From Escherichia coli (GTDB lineage: Bacteria; Pseudomonadota; Gammaproteobacteria; Enterobacterales; Enterobacteriaceae): a stretch of 530 nt of DNA. Position numbers and translations under genes: made by a program. The notes under the pieces were generated by a model. It was not told the origin of the DNA. It saw only the letters and a list, made by a program, of their open reading frames with translations, and ran no database searches. Positions 1-530 of this stretch are shown here, one piece after another (position 1 is the stretch's first letter; every line of letters begins with the position of its first letter). Where the stretch lies: assembly GCF_003334765.1 (NCBI RefSeq), contig NZ_QOWT01000114.1; one strand, written 5' to 3'.

Positions 1-57
1 GTCCTTCATCGCCTCTGACTGCCAGGGCATCCACCGTGTACGCTTAGTCGCTTAACC
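1..57 (-). rRNA. rrl: 23S ribosomal RNA, 5'-terminal fragment (gene continues beyond the window start)
   Basis: The reverse complement of 1-57 reads GGTTAAGCGACTAAGCGTACACGGTGGATGCCCTGGCAGTCAGAGGCGATGAAGGAC, which I recognise as the canonical 5' end of enterobacterial 23S rRNA. Mature 5' end placed at plus-strand position 57 from recalled E. coli sequence, not from a search. Confidence 0.93.
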
Positions 58-164
58 TCACAACCCGAAGATGTTTCTTACGATTCATCATCGTGTTGCG
101 AAAATTTGAGAGACTCACGAACAACTTTCGTTGTTCAGTGTTTCAATTTTCAGCTTGATCCAGA

Positions 165-177
165 TTTTTAAAGAGCA
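165..177 (-). promoter_or_regulatory. Spacer boxA-like transcription antitermination element (NusB/NusE binding site in rrn transcripts)
   Basis: The minus strand reads 5'-TTGCTCTTTAAAAATCTGG-3' across 160-178. Its core TGCTCTTTAAAAA matches the boxA consensus TGCTCTTTAACAA at 12 of 13 positions. A second boxA in the 16S-23S spacer is an established feature of E. coli rrn operons. Confidence 0.65.
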
Positions 178-217
178 AATATCTCAAACATCACCCGAAG
201 ATGAGTTTTGAGATATT
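178..217 (-). other. Extended imperfect hairpin in the spacer RNA with a C(UUCG)G tetraloop
   Basis: Plus-strand 178-188 (AATATCTCAAA) is the perfect reverse complement of 207-217 (TTTGAGATATT), giving an 11-bp outer stem. Inside it, CATC (189-192) pairs with GATG (200-203), with a 3-nt bulge at 204-206. On the transcribed strand the apex reads CAUC-UUCG-GGUG, a stable tetraloop closed by C-G with a U-G wobble. Confidence 0.6.
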
Positions 218-250
218 AAGGCAGGTGACTTTCACTCACAAACCAGCAAG

Positions 251-326
251 TGGCGTCCCCTAGGGGATTCGAACCCCTGTTACCGCCGTGAAAGGGCGGT
301 GTCCTGGGCCTCTAGACGAAGGGGAC
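251..326 (-). tRNA. gltT/U/V/W: tRNA-Glu (anticodon UUC), complete 76-nt gene with encoded 3' CCA
   Basis: The reverse complement of 251-326 is GTCCCCTTCGTCTAGAGGCCCAGGACACCGCCCTTTCACGGCGGTAACAGGGGTTCGAATCCCCTAGGGGACGCCA. It has a 7-bp acceptor stem (GUCCCCU/AGGGGAC), a 5-bp anticodon stem (CCGCC/GGCGG) and a 7-nt loop CU-UUC-AC; the anticodon corresponds to plus 290-292 (gaa). The T-arm GGTTCGAATCC and terminal CCA (plus 251-253) are present. It matches the E. coli tRNA-Glu of the spacer-Glu rrn operons. The paralog cannot be decided from this window; minus-strand placement would fit gltW of rrnG only if the contig follows K-12 orientation. Confidence 0.97.
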
Positions 327-497
327 ACGAAAATTGCTTATCACGCGTTGCGTGATATTTTCGTGTAGGGTGAGCTTTCATTAATAGAAAGCGAACGGCC
401 TTATTCTCTTCAGCCTCACTCCCAACGCGTAAACGCCTTGCTTTTCACTTTCTATCAGACAATCTGTGTGAGCACTGCAAAGAACGCTTCTTTAAGG
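327..497 (-). other. 16S-23S internal transcribed spacer, proximal part (16S to tRNA-Glu)
   Basis: Lies between the 16S 3' end (498) and the tRNA-Glu 5' end (326) on the same strand. No ORF or independent signal; contains a 7-bp perfect palindrome at 340-356. Confidence 0.9.
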
Positions 498-530
498 TAA
501 GGAGGTGATCCAACCGCAGGTTCCCCTACG
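498..530 (-). rRNA. rrs: 16S ribosomal RNA, 3'-terminal fragment (gene continues beyond the window end)
   Basis: The reverse complement of 498-530 reads CGTAGGGGAACCTGCGGTTGGATCACCTCCTTA, the conserved 3' end of bacterial 16S rRNA including the anti-Shine-Dalgarno CCUCC. Mature 3' end placed at plus 498. Confidence 0.95.

Larger units (their letters stand above)
58..250 (-). other. 16S-23S internal transcribed spacer, distal part (tRNA-Glu to 23S)
   Basis: Lies between the tRNA-Glu 3' end (251) and the 23S 5' end (57) on the same strand. Contains the boxA-like element and structured hairpins listed separately; the only ORFs are two short plus-strand ones that I reject. Confidence 0.9.

Noticed and set aside
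71-109. Small plus-strand ORF (ATG at 71, TGA at 107-109; 12 codons, MFLTIHHRVAKI).
   Set aside because: Too short, has no ribosome-binding site, and lies antisense within an rRNA spacer and boxA region. It is consistent with a chance ORF.
141-180. AT-rich stretch with a TTGATC hexamer (155-160) that could be read as a promoter -35 element.
   Set aside because: The productive transcript is on the minus strand and this region lies inside the rrn primary transcript. There is no convincing -10 hexamer at proper spacing, and the AT-richness is accounted for by the boxA element.
63-203. The direct repeat of ACCCGAAGATG (63-73 and 193-203) as a possible CRISPR repeat or insertion-sequence target duplication.
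   Set aside because: There are only two copies of 11 nt, about 130 bp apart, with no repeat-spacer periodicity and no terminal inverted repeats or transposase. Both copies are explained as UUCG-tetraloop hairpin cores of the rRNA spacer.
201-263. Small plus-strand ORF (ATG at 201, TAG at 261-263; 20 codons).
   Set aside because: It runs antisense into the tRNA-Glu gene and through the spacer hairpin and has no translation signals. Chance ORF in structured RNA-coding DNA.
425-430. ACGCGT palindrome (an MluI site) in the 16S-tRNA spacer as a possible regulatory site.
   Set aside because: A 6-bp palindrome is expected by chance at this length and has no flanking symmetry or supporting context.
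498-510. Strong Shine-Dalgarno-like motif TAAGGAGGTGATC on the plus strand, which could suggest a ribosome-binding site for a downstream plus-strand gene.
   Set aside because: It is simply the reverse complement of the 16S rRNA 3' tail containing the anti-Shine-Dalgarno CCUCC. No start codon follows within the window, and the surrounding sequence is 16S rRNA.

Overview
The whole window is non-coding and lies inside a ribosomal RNA (rrn) operon transcribed on the minus strand; I see no evidence of a novel or undescribed system. In transcription order (high to low coordinates) it contains the 3' end of 16S rRNA (498-530), a 171-nt spacer (327-497), a complete tRNA-Glu(UUC) gene (251-326), a 193-nt spacer (58-250) and the 5' end of 23S rRNA (1-57). 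This is the tRNA-Glu-type 16S-23S internal transcribed spacer of Enterobacteriaceae, and from memory it closely resembles the Escherichia/Shigella version; no database search was run. Within the spacers I can support a boxA-like antitermination element, two UUCG-tetraloop hairpins sharing an 11-nt core, and a short perfect palindrome. All findings are known or expected rrn features and are scored low accordingly.
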